A stretch of DNA of 64,000 nt from an uncultured Collinsella sp. Its GTDB lineage: Bacteria; Actinomycetota; Coriobacteriia; Coriobacteriales; Coriobacteriaceae. The notes below the pieces were generated by a model. That model made no database searches, was not told the origin of the DNA, and worked only from the letters and a program-made list of their open reading frames with translations. This document shows positions 9,820 through 20,165 of this stretch, in pieces (position 1 is the stretch's first letter; every line of letters begins with the position of its first letter). The position numbers and the translations under genes were made by a program. The stretch covers positions 20,031-84,030 of the forward strand of contig CAUGJE010000009.1 of assembly GCA_959599915.1 (NCBI GenBank), read 5' to 3'.

Positions 9820-10755
9820 ATGGAAAGCCGCAAGCCGTATCTCGCCACCCTGCCCGGACTCATCCTGGGCTGTCTTGTTTGCTGTGCACTCTGGGGATCG
9901 GCCTTTCCCTGCATCAAGATCGGCTACGCACTCTTTGGTATCCCGGCGCACGATAGCGCCTCGCAGCTGCTCTTTGCGGGCTTGCGCTTCACGCTTGCCG
10001 GCGCCCTGGTTATCGTTGGGATGAGTGCGGCCCAACGCCGCCCCCTCATTCCGCAGGCTCGCGACATCAAGCCCATCTTTGTCTTGTCGCTCTTCCAGAC
10101 TATCGGGCAGTACTTCTTTTTCTATCTGGGCCTCTCGCGCGCCAGCGCCATGTCGAGCTCCATCATCGAGGCCAGCGCCAACTTCCTCGCAATCCTCTTT
10201 GCCGCCCTGGCATTTCACACCGAGAAGCTCAACACGGCCAAGGTGCTTGGCTGTGCGTTGGGCTTTGCCGGCGTCGCGCTCGTCAACCTCTCGGGCGCAG
10301 ATGGCACCTTTGGCTTCAGGCTCGATGGCGAGGGCTTTATCCTAGCCTCCACTGTCTCGGGTGCTCTTTCGACCTGCCTGATCGGCATCTTCTCGCGCAA
10401 GCACGACGGCGTCTTGCTTGCCGGGTGGCAGTTCTTGGTCGGCGGCCTGGTCCTCACCGCCATCGGCTTTTTGATGGGTGGCGCGCTCTCCCCCACGGCG
10501 ATTGTCCCCGCCATCGTGCTCATCATCTACATGGCGCTTATCTCCGCGGTCGCCTACTCGCTGTGGTCGCGCCTGCTTGCCGTCAACCCCGTCAGCCGCG
10601 TCTCGGTCTTTGGGTTTATGAACCCGGTCTTTGGCGTACTGCTGAGCGCACTGCTGCTTGGCGAGGGCGCCGGCACGAGCCCCGTTACCGTCATCGTTGC
10701 CCTGCTCTTGGTCTGCAGCGGCATCATCATCGTCAACAAACCCAAAAAAGCCTAG
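9820..10755 (+). CDS. DMT/EamA family transporter
   Basis: LWGSAFPCIK, FAGLRFTLAG, about 10 TM helices in two repeats. Confidence 0.9.
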   Translation: MESRKPYLATLPGLILGCLVCCALWGSAFPCIKIGYALFGIPAHDSASQLLFAGLRFTLAGALVIVGMSAAQRRPLIPQARDIKPIFVLSLFQTIGQYFFFYLGLSRASAMSSSIIEASANFLAILFAALAFHTEKLNTAKVLGCALGFAGVALVNLSGADGTFGFRLDGEGFILASTVSGALSTCLIGIFSRKHDGVLLAGWQFLVGGLVLTAIGFLMGGALSPTAIVPAIVLIIYMALISAVAYSLWSRLLAVNPVSRVSVFGFMNPVFGVLLSALLLGEGAGTSPVTVIVALLLVCSGIIIVNKPKKA

Positions 10756-10855
10756 CGAACTGCCCTTATTTAGCAGAGAGATTCACATACTTTAGTTTAA
10801 TGGAGTACATCGGTGAGCTGAAGGCCACCACGCACGCAAGCGTGCGCCCCTTTTT

Positions 10856-11998
10856 CTAGCGTATCTGGACGCCGGCTTTCTTTTTCTCGGCCTTGACGCG
10901 GTAGAGCTCCGCATCGGCAGCACGAAGCAAGTCTTGCCAGGTATCGACGCCATCACCAACCCGTGCGTAGCCGATGGACATCCGCAACAGATACGGAACC
11001 TCAGCGCGCGCGAGCTCATCGTTGATTGTCGCGCACAGATGCATGATATCCTGTTCCGCCACTGCCTTTTGGAGCACCACGAACTCATCACCACCATAAC
11101 GTGCGATAAAGCCGCCAGACGCCGAGCAGACTTCTTTGAGCGCAGCGGATATGACCTGAAGAGCGTGGTCGCCCTCCACATGCCCATAGCGATCGTTAAT
11201 CTGCTTAAAGCCGTCGGCGTCCATCATAAGCAGATATACATCTTCGGCCTGATCCACATTTGAGAAGAGCGACAGCATATAGGTCTCAAAACGGTTGCGA
11301 TTGTTAAGTCCAGTCAACGGGTCGGTCGAGATGAGCTGCTCCTGGTAGATGATGTAGAGCAGCAACATGCTAATCATTATGCCGACACAAAGGCCGGGCA
11401 CCGAGTATACGACCTGAAAGGTACCGCCCACCAGGGCCGGAATGGCGAAAAATGCCAAGGTTCGATAGATGGCCTTCGTCTGCAGGCTCTCGACCCTGCG
11501 AGATTGCACAAATGCATGCAGGGACGTATGTATAACGTAACAGTAGCTGACGATGGGCTGGATCATATAGGCAAAACCGCGACGATACACGCCCTGCGAA
11601 TCGATATAGAACAGGGCGTGCGTCCAGTAACTGGTAAACGCCAGCACGACCACCAGAGCCGTAGGCAACGCTACAAGCACCACCCTATAGCGCGAGGTCA
11701 AAAGGCGAGAACCCTGCACCGTCTCGGAATAGATAAACCAAATGAGACACGCGATAGCAAAGAGCGAAAACGAAACCGCGTTGGAAATCCAGTTGGCAGC
11801 AATGCCCAACGTGCCGTCCACACCGTCCGAAAGCGTCCAGATCATATCGAATAATATGTACGCGGCAGAGGTGTAGCCAAGCATGCTAAACAATAGCTGC
11901 TGGGTACTCGAGAACAAGGAGCGACGACTTCGCACGGCAAGCCCGATAAGAACAATCATGCATAGCACGAATATCTCAATCTTGAGTGCCTTAACCAC
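10856..11998 (-). CDS. Membrane-anchored diguanylate cyclase (GGDEF)
   Basis: N-terminal TM region; DPLTGLNNR, DADGFKQINDRYGHVEGD, RYGGDEF; start codon approximate. Confidence 0.92.
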   Translation of the reverse strand: MVKALKIEIFVLCMIVLIGLAVRSRRSLFSSTQQLLFSMLGYTSAAYILFDMIWTLSDGVDGTLGIAANWISNAVSFSLFAIACLIWFIYSETVQGSRLLTSRYRVVLVALPTALVVVLAFTSYWTHALFYIDSQGVYRRGFAYMIQPIVSYCYVIHTSLHAFVQSRRVESLQTKAIYRTLAFFAIPALVGGTFQVVYSVPGLCVGIMISMLLLYIIYQEQLISTDPLTGLNNRNRFETYMLSLFSNVDQAEDVYLLMMDADGFKQINDRYGHVEGDHALQVISAALKEVCSASGGFIARYGGDEFVVLQKAVAEQDIMHLCATINDELARAEVPYLLRMSIGYARVGDGVDTWQDLLRAADAELYRVKAEKKKAGVQIR

Positions 11999-12187
11999 TA
12001 GACGCCATCCCTTCAATATCCAAGTGGTCAGAATCGCCCGATTCGTGCCTGGGCAATAAACACCCCTACTCCGCAGGGGTATAGGGAATAATAGCAGAGC
12101 GCCCGAACGCCACTGCAAGACAGCTCTCGTTCGGGCGCCCATACGGCGCGAATTGCACACGCCGGCTTGATTGACTCGCGTCGACGA

Positions 12188-13210
12188 TTACTCGCCGTCG
12201 ATGTCGGTCGCGACGGCCTCCTCAATAGCCTCGACGCCTTCGACCGACAGATCCTCTTCGCCGTGGCAGAACTTCTTATCGACCCAGCCGGTCAGAATCG
12301 GGGCCATGATGGCCGTGATGATGACGGCGGTGGCGATCTGCGCATACGCGGTGGGCGCAAGCTCGGCATAGCGCGGCGCGACCTCAGCAAGAGCAACCGG
12401 CGTGGTCATAGCCGTGCCGGCAATGGTGGAGCAAGCCACAGCGGCCTTGCCATTGCCGCCGCACAGACGCTCGAACGCAAAGGTGATGGGACCGACGACA
12501 AACAGCGTGACAAGGCCCAGCAAGATGCCGGAAATACCGCCGGTGATAAAGCTCGACAGGCTCATGGACGCACCGAGCTGAAATCCGATGACGGCAATCG
12601 CGGGATTGGCACCGGGAACCAGCAGGTTCTTGATAAACGGGAACAGGTTGCCCAGAACCATGCCGATAACGAGTGGCAAGATGGAGCCGATAATGGTGCC
12701 AATGGGAATGTTGGCGAGGCCGGAAACACCGAGGATGATCATCGTGACGGCGGGGCCAGCCGTAAAGAACAGGATACCGACGGCGCCCTGCTCGGACTCA
12801 TCGCCGAACTCGCCCATGATGCCCGTATAGAGCGCCATGTTGCAAAACGTGATGCCGCCGATGATAGACACGGAGCTCAGACCCAGGAAGTTGTCGTTAA
12901 AGAAATATGCCACGCCCAGGCCGAGAGCCGCTGCGACGACCAGCTTGGGGATCAGCACGACGATACCGGTCTTGATGGCACCCGGCGTGGACTTAAAGCT
13001 GATGCCGGCGCCCACAAACAGCAGGATCGCGGCGACGATGGTATTGGAGCCACCGCGGCAGGCAGCCGTAAAGAAGCCGCCGATCTCAAAAACCTGCGGG
13101 CAGAAGGTGTTGAGCAAAAGACCGACGATCATCGGATAGATCATGATGTCGCCCGGGATGCGCGGGACCTTGAATTTCTTTTGCTCGTTGGCGGTCGCTT
13201 CCTGTGCCAT
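12188..13210 (-). CDS. 2-keto-3-deoxygluconate permease (KdgT family)
   Basis: IPGDIMIYPMIVGLLLNTF, NMALY, GPAVTM and C-terminal TAIMAPILT patterns. Confidence 0.8.
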   Translation of the reverse strand: MAQEATANEQKKFKVPRIPGDIMIYPMIVGLLLNTFCPQVFEIGGFFTAACRGGSNTIVAAILLFVGAGISFKSTPGAIKTGIVVLIPKLVVAAALGLGVAYFFNDNFLGLSSVSIIGGITFCNMALYTGIMGEFGDESEQGAVGILFFTAGPAVTMIILGVSGLANIPIGTIIGSILPLVIGMVLGNLFPFIKNLLVPGANPAIAVIGFQLGASMSLSSFITGGISGILLGLVTLFVVGPITFAFERLCGGNGKAAVACSTIAGTAMTTPVALAEVAPRYAELAPTAYAQIATAVIITAIMAPILTGWVDKKFCHGEEDLSVEGVEAIEEAVATDIDGE

Positions 13211-13360
13211 GAAACCCCCATTTCCGCTGACGGGGTACAAAAGCCCACGTCACGCTTTGCTACAGTAAAGTTTGACCATGGTACCAGAAGAAATAGACCA
13301 GCTCGGTGAAAAATCCGACGAGTTGGGATGGAACGAGATTCGGCGCCCGCGACGCCACCC

Positions 13361-13684
13361 CTATATAAGGCTCAAGACAATATAGAGTACGATGCCCGAG
13401 ACGCAGCACCACAGCATCGATTTTGTCTTGACCGCCACGACCACGACGCCGGCGGCCGCAATCCAGGGAACCAAGGCAGGCCAGAGTCCCGCGTCGAACG
13501 CGCCGGGGCTCACCAAGTCGTTGGCGACCAGCGCGGCAAAGGCGGCGGGCGGGATATAGCCCAGGGCCTCGGTAATGCGGGGCGACAGGGTCCGCCCGCG
13601 CAAGGCGAGCGCCGGCGCGATGCGAAAGAACGCGATAGCAGCCCACGACGACAGCCACAGAACCAAGAACTCGTTAACGGGCAT
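13361..13684 (-). CDS. AzlD-family branched-chain amino acid exporter, small subunit
   Basis: ALGYIPPAAFAALV motif; overlaps the 3' end of the AzlC-like gene. Confidence 0.8.
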   Translation of the reverse strand: MPVNEFLVLWLSSWAAIAFFRIAPALALRGRTLSPRITEALGYIPPAAFAALVANDLVSPGAFDAGLWPALVPWIAAAGVVVVAVKTKSMLWCCVSGIVLYIVLSLI

Positions 13685-14366
13685 CGCGGGCACCTCTTCC
13701 GTCAAATACAGCATCGCACGCCAACGCAATGGCAATGCCGGCCACGACGCTTGCCGGCACGGCAATATTCGTGAGGCCCAAGAACTTGCATACGGCGACG
13801 GACACCGCGCCCGAAACCGCCGCGACAACGTTGCCGCGCGACAGCCGCTGCGAAAAGAGCAGGCAGATAAAGAGCGAGGTGCAGACAAAGGCTGCAATGG
13901 CGGTGGGAACATCGACAACGGCGCCTACGATGGCGCCCATCGTACACGAAACGCCCCATGTTGCGATGAGAATCACGTTGAGCACGAAGGACTCGCGCGG
14001 GCCCCAATCCTCCCCTTCAACCAACTTGGCAAGCGAGATGCCATATGCCTCCTCGGTAAGTGTCGCGGCAACAGCCAGCGTCTGACGCTTCGAGGCACCC
14101 GTCAGATGCGGCGCGATCGATGCCGAGTAAAGCGCAAAGCGCGAGGAGATGGCAGCAACGCTCGCGACGATCGATGCTGCAGGCACGCCCGCCAGCCACA
14201 GGTTGCAGATCATAAACTGGCCGCTGCCCGTCACAAACGTGCTGCTCAGGGCAAAGACCATCCAGGGTTCCATTCCCGTCTGCCCCATGATCATTCCGCA
14301 CGGCGCGCCTATTGCAACATAGGTAAGCATCACCGGCCAGACGGTTCTAACGATTTTGAGCACCAT
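13674..14366 (-). CDS. AzlC-family branched-chain amino acid exporter permease
   Basis: PVMLTYVAIG, FVTGSGQF, RFALYSAS and LTEEAYG motifs. Confidence 0.85.
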   Translation of the reverse strand: MVLKIVRTVWPVMLTYVAIGAPCGMIMGQTGMEPWMVFALSSTFVTGSGQFMICNLWLAGVPAASIVASVAAISSRFALYSASIAPHLTGASKRQTLAVAATLTEEAYGISLAKLVEGEDWGPRESFVLNVILIATWGVSCTMGAIVGAVVDVPTAIAAFVCTSLFICLLFSQRLSRGNVVAAVSGAVSVAVCKFLGLTNIAVPASVVAGIAIALACDAVFDGRGARDAR

Positions 14367-14492
14367 ACGCTTCTCATCCTGACAAGGTCTCCGAGCCGCA
14401 TGTAGCGATACGGCAGAATCATCATCCGACAGCAACCGAGTTCACCTACAATTGCCACCGGATCGAAAGACACAACTTTTTAGGAAGTCATT

Positions 14493-15305
14493 ATGACAGC
14501 TATCGATCGAGACCGGGCGCGCGCGGCCTTCAAAAGCTACACCGATGCCTACGACGCCACTAACCCACGCATCGCGCTCAAAATCGAGCATACGTACCAC
14601 GTTGCCGAGGCATGCGATGCCGTGGCACACGAACAGGGCTGGTCGTCAGAAGATATTGACCTGGCATGGCTTTGCGGCCTGCTACACGATATGGGCCGCT
14701 TTGAGCAGCTGCGACGCTGGGATACGTTTAAGGATGCCGAAAGCATGAGCCATGCGGCGTTGGGCGTCGGGGTCCTCTTTGGCGAGAACCCCGACGACGC
14801 GCCTGTCACAACAAACATCCGAGATTTTATCGAGACCGAAGAGCACGACGAGCTCATCCGCGCGAGCATCGCCTATCACAGTGACTTTCGCCTGCCGGCA
14901 CAACTCGACGAGCGAACACGGTGCTTCTGCGATATCGTACGCGATGGCGACAAGATCGACATTATGCGCACCATCGCCGACAGCACCGTCGACACCATCC
15001 TCAAGGTGGATGAGAACACGTTTCTCGCCAGCCGCTTCTCGACACCGGCGCTTACCGCCTTTGACGAGCACCGCTGCGTTGCACGCGACGAACGCGACGA
15101 GCCCGCAGACTACCTGGTGGGACTCATCTGCTTTATGTTTGAGCTCGTCTATCCAGCAAGCCGCGCGCTGGCGCGCGAGCAGGGTGATATCTACCGCCTG
15201 CTCGACGCGCCCTTTGGCATTACGTGCCCCTTTACCGATCCCGCCACGCAAGCGACCTGGGAGCGCCTGAAGGGCGAGATGCGCGACTGGCTGGCGCGCG
15301 CCTAG
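14493..15305 (+). CDS. HD-domain metal-dependent phosphohydrolase
   Basis: KIEHT, GLLHDMGRFEQ, H...G and RDGDKID motifs. Confidence 0.88.
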   Translation: MTAIDRDRARAAFKSYTDAYDATNPRIALKIEHTYHVAEACDAVAHEQGWSSEDIDLAWLCGLLHDMGRFEQLRRWDTFKDAESMSHAALGVGVLFGENPDDAPVTTNIRDFIETEEHDELIRASIAYHSDFRLPAQLDERTRCFCDIVRDGDKIDIMRTIADSTVDTILKVDENTFLASRFSTPALTAFDEHRCVARDERDEPADYLVGLICFMFELVYPASRALAREQGDIYRLLDAPFGITCPFTDPATQATWERLKGEMRDWLARA

Positions 15306-16507
15306 CGCTCAAGCTGGGCCAGCAGCTCCTCGACGACCTCGACGGCATCGCCGACAACCTTGTACTGGGCAGCACCAAAGATGGGGGCATCCGGGTCCTC
15401 GTTGATGGCGATAATGCACTCCGCCCCACCGATACCGGCAAGATGCTGGATGGCGCCCGAAACACCGATACTCACGAGAAGTTTAGGGGAAACCGATACG
15501 CCCGTCTGGCCAATCTGATGGCGATACTCCAACCAGCCGGCCTCCACGACAGGTCGCGTGCAGCCAAGCTCGGCTCCCAGAGCCTCGGCGAGCCTTCGCA
15601 TCAGCGGCAGGTTTTTCTTGGAACCAATGCCGCGACCCACCACGACCAGGCGCTCGGCATCGGCGATCGAGGCCTGCTGCCCCCACTCCTCGGCGGGAAT
15701 CGAGATCTCGACACGGGACTTAGCATCATCCGCAAGCGATATCTGGGTGATCGTGCCGGAGCGGCCGTAGTCAAAGTCGGGTGCCTTAAAGATGCCGGGA
15801 CGAACCGTTGCCATCTGGGGACGATGATTGGGGCAGACGATGGTGGCCATCAGGTTGCCGCCAAACGCCGGACGCGTCTGTTGCAGCAGTCCCGTCTCCG
15901 TATCCATCGAAAGTACGGTGCAGTCAGCCGTAAGGCCCGTCTGCAAGCGCACGGCAACGCCGGGTGCCAGTTCGCGGCCAAAAGCGGTCGCACCGTATAG
16001 GATGGCCTCGGGTTTGCGTTCGGCTACCAAATCGCAGATCAAGCGGGCGTAGACCTCCGCATCGTTCTGACGCAAACGCTCGTCGCGACAGGCCAGGACT
16101 TCGTCGGCGCCTGCGCAAACCAGATGCTCCAGGTCACCAAGAGAACCCTCGGGGGCCATACCGACCAGTGCCACCAGACGGCAGCCGCGAGCATCGGCAA
16201 GCTCGCGGCCCTTGCCCATAAGCTCATAGGCAACGGGAGTCACCGTATCGTGCTCGTCGGTCTGCACGAATACCCAAATGTCTCGATATGCATCAAGGTC
16301 CACCGCACCAGCGGCCTCATCACGCTCGATCGAGATAGCGTTGACAGGGCAGGCGTCGACGCACCCACCGCATAGGATGCAGCCGTCGGTTACGCGGGCG
16401 CATCGGTTGGGTCGCTCGCCTTCCACTACGATGCCGCCCGAGGCACAGGCGCGAACGCAGCGACCGCAGCCGATACAGGCTTCGCTATCGATAATCAGTC
16501 CGCCCAT
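15302..16507 (-). CDS. etfA: Electron transfer flavoprotein alpha subunit with N-terminal 2x[4Fe-4S] ferredoxin domain
   Basis: CIGCGRCVRAC and CILCGGCVDAC; GLTADCT, RPAFGGN, QIGQTG, GVSGAIQH. Confidence 0.93.
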   Translation of the reverse strand: MGGLIIDSEACIGCGRCVRACASGGIVVEGERPNRCARVTDGCILCGGCVDACPVNAISIERDEAAGAVDLDAYRDIWVFVQTDEHDTVTPVAYELMGKGRELADARGCRLVALVGMAPEGSLGDLEHLVCAGADEVLACRDERLRQNDAEVYARLICDLVAERKPEAILYGATAFGRELAPGVAVRLQTGLTADCTVLSMDTETGLLQQTRPAFGGNLMATIVCPNHRPQMATVRPGIFKAPDFDYGRSGTITQISLADDAKSRVEISIPAEEWGQQASIADAERLVVVGRGIGSKKNLPLMRRLAEALGAELGCTRPVVEAGWLEYRHQIGQTGVSVSPKLLVSIGVSGAIQHLAGIGGAECIIAINEDPDAPIFGAAQYKVVGDAVEVVEELLAQLER

Positions 16508-17329
16508 CTATGCCATCCCCTCGATAATCTTGGCAAGTTCTACCGCCTGCTCGGACGCCGTCCCCTCAACGGCCTTGCACGTTTGGTCACGGTCGGGCAC
16601 AAACGATCGTACGACCTGTGTCGGCGACCCGGCAAGACCGCAACGCGCGGGGTCGGCGTTCACGTCGGCGGCACTGACCTCGCGCACGTCCGCCTCCTCC
16701 GCCGCGCGAATACCGGCAATACTCGGCATACGCAACTGGCCAATCTCCTTGGCAGTCGTCATCGCGCACGGCATCTCCAGACACACCGTCTCCTCGCCGG
16801 CATCGCATCCGTGAACGAGCGCCAGCGAACCACACGTCGTAAAGCCCGCGCTTTGCACGCAGCTCACGTCGGTCACGCAGGGAATCTCAAAGGCACCGGC
16901 AAGCTCGGGACCAATCTGGGCCGTATCGCCATCCACCGCCATCTTGCCGCAGATGAGCAGGTCGAAGTCCTCGTCGAGCGCCTCGATGCCGCGCTTGAGG
17001 GCATAGGTGGTTGCCAGGGTATCGGCACCTGCAAAGGCGCGATCGGTTAGCAGCAGTGCGTCATCGGCGCCTCGGGCGATGCAGTCGCGCAGCAGCGACT
17101 CGGTCGCGGGGATGCCCATCGACACCACCGTTACGCGCACGTCCATGCCAAAGCCGATAAAGTCGTCTTTCAGCGCCAGCGCGCATTCCAAAGCGCTCGC
17201 ATCAAAGGGATTAATGACCGCCTGCTTGCCATCGCGTACGATGGTATTGGTCTTGGGGTCCATCTTGACCTCGGTGCTGCCCGGCACGGCCTTGACGCAC
17301 ACCACCATATGGAAATCGCTCATCTTCAC
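16508..17329 (-). CDS. etfB: Electron transfer flavoprotein beta subunit
   Basis: VCVKAVP, INPFD, FAGADTLAT, GKMAVDGDTAQIGP, GLAGSPT. Confidence 0.93.
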   Translation of the reverse strand: MKMSDFHMVVCVKAVPGSTEVKMDPKTNTIVRDGKQAVINPFDASALECALALKDDFIGFGMDVRVTVVSMGIPATESLLRDCIARGADDALLLTDRAFAGADTLATTYALKRGIEALDEDFDLLICGKMAVDGDTAQIGPELAGAFEIPCVTDVSCVQSAGFTTCGSLALVHGCDAGEETVCLEMPCAMTTAKEIGQLRMPSIAGIRAAEEADVREVSAADVNADPARCGLAGSPTQVVRSFVPDRDQTCKAVEGTASEQAVELAKIIEGMA

Positions 17330-18939
17330 GCGCCCCCTTTCTGGACGAGCTCATCCAAGAGCTTCTCCGAAAACAGGTTGCCGCGACCCAGCTGGCCGGC
17401 AGGATCGAGCTGGAGCTTGAGCTGCGCCGACTCGACCATGGCCTCGTGGCCGTACATCGTCTCCAAGAAGCCCGCCTTGATCTTGCCGACGCCGTGCTCG
17501 GCAGAAACGGCACCGCCCATAGCCGTTACCTCCGCAGCCCACTGGGCAAACAGCTCGCCACCGCGACGGTAGTCCTGCGCATCGCGCGGCAGGATGTTCA
17601 CATGCAGATGGTTGTTACCGATGTGCCCCCAGGCAGCAGATTCAAGCCCGCTTTCGGCCAGTGTGCGGCGATAGAGGGCCACGACATCGGCAAGGCGTGC
17701 ATTGGGCACCGACATGTCCGAACCCAGTTTGGTGATGGTGGGATTCGTGCGGCGGCGCTCGTCGATAAGCATATTGACGCTCTCGGGGACCGCATGGCGG
17801 AAGAACCGCTGGCACTCGCGATCGACCTCGGTGCGCGCGACCCGTGTCGCATCGTCGCTGCCGCCCGCAAACTCGAGCACCCATCCCAGGTGGTACAGTT
17901 CCTCGGTCGCCTGGGCCTCGTCATCGCAGTCGAGCTCCACGTAGACACAGACCTTTGCCTCGTCGTCAAGCGCCGGCAGCGAGGCAAACGCTGTCGACTG
18001 CTCGCGCTGGCGACGCAGAATATCCAGGGCGCCAGCATCGAAGTACTCGATGGCGGCCGCATGGGACAGGACGGGGCGCACGGAATCGGTAAAGGACACG
18101 GCCTTGTCTTCGCTATCGAAAAAGCAGCTCACACCCCAAACGACTGCAGGTGCCGCTTGCAGGGCAATCTCGAGCTCGGTGATAACGCCGAGCGTGCCGC
18201 AAGCGCCGATAAAGAGGTCGATGGCGTCCATATCGTCCGCAACGAAATAGCCTGAGGCATTTTTTGTCTTGGGCATGGTATAGCCGGGAAGATCGAGCTC
18301 GAGCGTACGGCCCGCTGCCGTCACGAGCGACAGGTGGCGGCCCTGGGCAAAAGCCTCGCCGCGCTGAAGCTCAAGCAAATCGCCATCAGCCAGTGCGACG
18401 TGGAGTCCCGTGATATGTGGGCGCATGGGACCGTAGGCGTAGCTGCGGGCACCAGAGGCGTTACATGCCGCCATGCCGCCCAGACAGGCAGACGTCTCGG
18501 TGGGATCGGTGGGAAAGAACTGCTCGGGGGCCTCTTGGAACTCCTCGTAGGCCTCAAGCGATGCCTGGTCCCAACCAGCAGTCGGCAGCACCTTCTTGCT
18601 CAGCTGCTTGCGCAGCTCCGAGAGCACAACGCCCGGCTCCACGCGCAGCAGAAATTGGCCTTGTTCATCGCGGCGAAGGCCCAAGTAGCGATTCATACGG
18701 GAAGTATTGAGGATATGCCCGCCGTGGGGCACGGCACCGGCGGCAAGGCCGGTTCGGGCGCCCTGAACCGTTACCGGGACACGCTCGGCATGGAGCTTTT
18801 CCAAAATGGCACGGACCTCGTCTTCCGTTGTCGGAAACGAGATGCTCGAGGCCTCGCCCGATGCGCGAGACTCATCGCGACCATACTCTTCGAACTCGTC
18901 GGTGAAGGGTTTGATGGTTGCAGACACGCGAACTCCCAC
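17326..18939 (-). CDS. FAD-linked oxidoreductase (D-lactate/glycolate dehydrogenase LctD/GlcD family)
   Basis: GARTGLAAGAVP, DPTETSACLGG, GTLGVITE, GHIGNNHLH, SAEHGVG. Confidence 0.88.
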   Translation of the reverse strand: MGVRVSATIKPFTDEFEEYGRDESRASGEASSISFPTTEDEVRAILEKLHAERVPVTVQGARTGLAAGAVPHGGHILNTSRMNRYLGLRRDEQGQFLLRVEPGVVLSELRKQLSKKVLPTAGWDQASLEAYEEFQEAPEQFFPTDPTETSACLGGMAACNASGARSYAYGPMRPHITGLHVALADGDLLELQRGEAFAQGRHLSLVTAAGRTLELDLPGYTMPKTKNASGYFVADDMDAIDLFIGACGTLGVITELEIALQAAPAVVWGVSCFFDSEDKAVSFTDSVRPVLSHAAAIEYFDAGALDILRRQREQSTAFASLPALDDEAKVCVYVELDCDDEAQATEELYHLGWVLEFAGGSDDATRVARTEVDRECQRFFRHAVPESVNMLIDERRRTNPTITKLGSDMSVPNARLADVVALYRRTLAESGLESAAWGHIGNNHLHVNILPRDAQDYRRGGELFAQWAAEVTAMGGAVSAEHGVGKIKAGFLETMYGHEAMVESAQLKLQLDPAGQLGRGNLFSEKLLDELVQKGGA

Positions 18940-19273
18940 TTTAGCTAACTACAGTGTTTGCAGGGAGATGTTACCGCATCGTTTCGTCGACGTGTTCGAG
19001 ACCGTCTCCATAATTGGCGATTTTTACGTTCGTGCAATTCGGCGAGCGGCTTGATTTCCTCGGCAGACGATGCTTTTGACACATACGGCCCCGCCGTCGC
19101 CGACCGCGCGATTGTCACTCGAAAAAAGTTGGAGTATTTTTTGCCGCCTTTTACCTGCGGAGACACCAATCCGTCAAGCATTTGGTCAGCAATTGGTCAA
19201 GTAGCGGCTGATACCGTCGGCATCGACAGCCAAAACCGACAGAAGTTTTGGCCCCAGAAGCAGGGAGGTTCCC

Positions 19274-19570
19274 ATGGCATATTACTGGCCCCAGTACGGC
19301 ATCGCCATCGAAGTCGACGACGATCCCCATCTCCTGCCTTTCGACGAAGAGGCATTCCCCGATACGGCGGTCTACCACGTTACCACCGATGTGATCTGCG
19401 ACCCCGAGTCGTTCTCGGCGCTCGCCCACCATATCGCGCATATCCACGACATCGAGCTCCCTCCCGACTTCGAAGAGCTCGTCTACTCGCGCCGTCTGAT
19501 GCTTCACATGCTCTTTGGAGCGGACCCGTCCACCTTTGCGCGCATCTATACCGCCAAGGATGCCGCATGA
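19274..19570 (+). CDS. 98-aa protein resembling the C-terminal lobe of a DUF559/Vsr-like nuclease
   Basis: SD GGGAGG; YWPQYGIAIEVD motif; ATGA overlap with the next gene; 49-aa ungapped match to the C-terminus of 48846..49979. Confidence 0.65.
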   Translation: MAYYWPQYGIAIEVDDDPHLLPFDEEAFPDTAVYHVTTDVICDPESFSALAHHIAHIHDIELPPDFEELVYSRRLMLHMLFGADPSTFARIYTAKDAA

Positions 19571-20076
19571 GCGCGAAGAAGCCACCCCACTTTGCAGGCC
19601 TGGGTCGTCGCAAGAAGCTCATCGCTGCCTGCCTGGCCATCGTCTGTGCCCTTGTCGCCGTAGGACTATACGCTTGGCAGTCGCAGCCCGTACCCGAGGC
19701 GGGCGCTTCGGTCACGACGGCCGAGGGCAAAACGCGTCAGGAAATCCAAGATGAACTCGACGCCATCGTCCGCGACAACATGATGACGATTTCGGTCGCG
19801 CCGGTCGCTCAGCTGCAGGAGGACGGCAAGCTGCGCGTCAACGTGCAAAACGTCCAAGACAATAAATTTCCCCAACGATTCCGCGTCATCCAAAACGACG
19901 AGACCATGTACGAATCCGGTGTAGTCGAGACTGGCAAGACAATCGAGACGTGCCCCGCCGGCAACATCAAAGAAGGCGAGGCGTATATCGAGATCCAGGC
20001 ACTCGATGCAAAGACCCTCGACAGCCACGGCAATCCGACACGTGTCAAGGTACGGGTTGAGCAAGCCGAGAACTAG
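19567..20076 (+). CDS. Membrane-anchored extracellular beta-rich hypothetical protein
   Basis: MSAKKP..RRKK followed by a TM helix and a beta-rich domain; ATG overlaps the upstream stop. Confidence 0.75.
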   Translation: MSAKKPPHFAGLGRRKKLIAACLAIVCALVAVGLYAWQSQPVPEAGASVTTAEGKTRQEIQDELDAIVRDNMMTISVAPVAQLQEDGKLRVNVQNVQDNKFPQRFRVIQNDETMYESGVVETGKTIETCPAGNIKEGEAYIEIQALDAKTLDSHGNPTRVKVRVEQAEN

Positions 20077-20165
20077 CTTTCCGGCCGACGCGGCACCGCA
20101 CGCAATTCACCAGCATTCGTCCAATCATCGCGGGGACGGCCCGCGGCGAATAGAAAGGAACGACC

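Noticed and set aside
6427..10218. Long antisense ORFs opposite purL, and similar ones opposite hom, the helicases, Elp3 and the ABC genes
   Set aside because: Typical high-GC shadow frames with no motifs or SD sites
18958..20076. 372-aa ORF as listed in the track
   Set aside because: The 5' part looks non-coding and overlaps the SD-supported 19274 ORF; the likely start is ATG 19567
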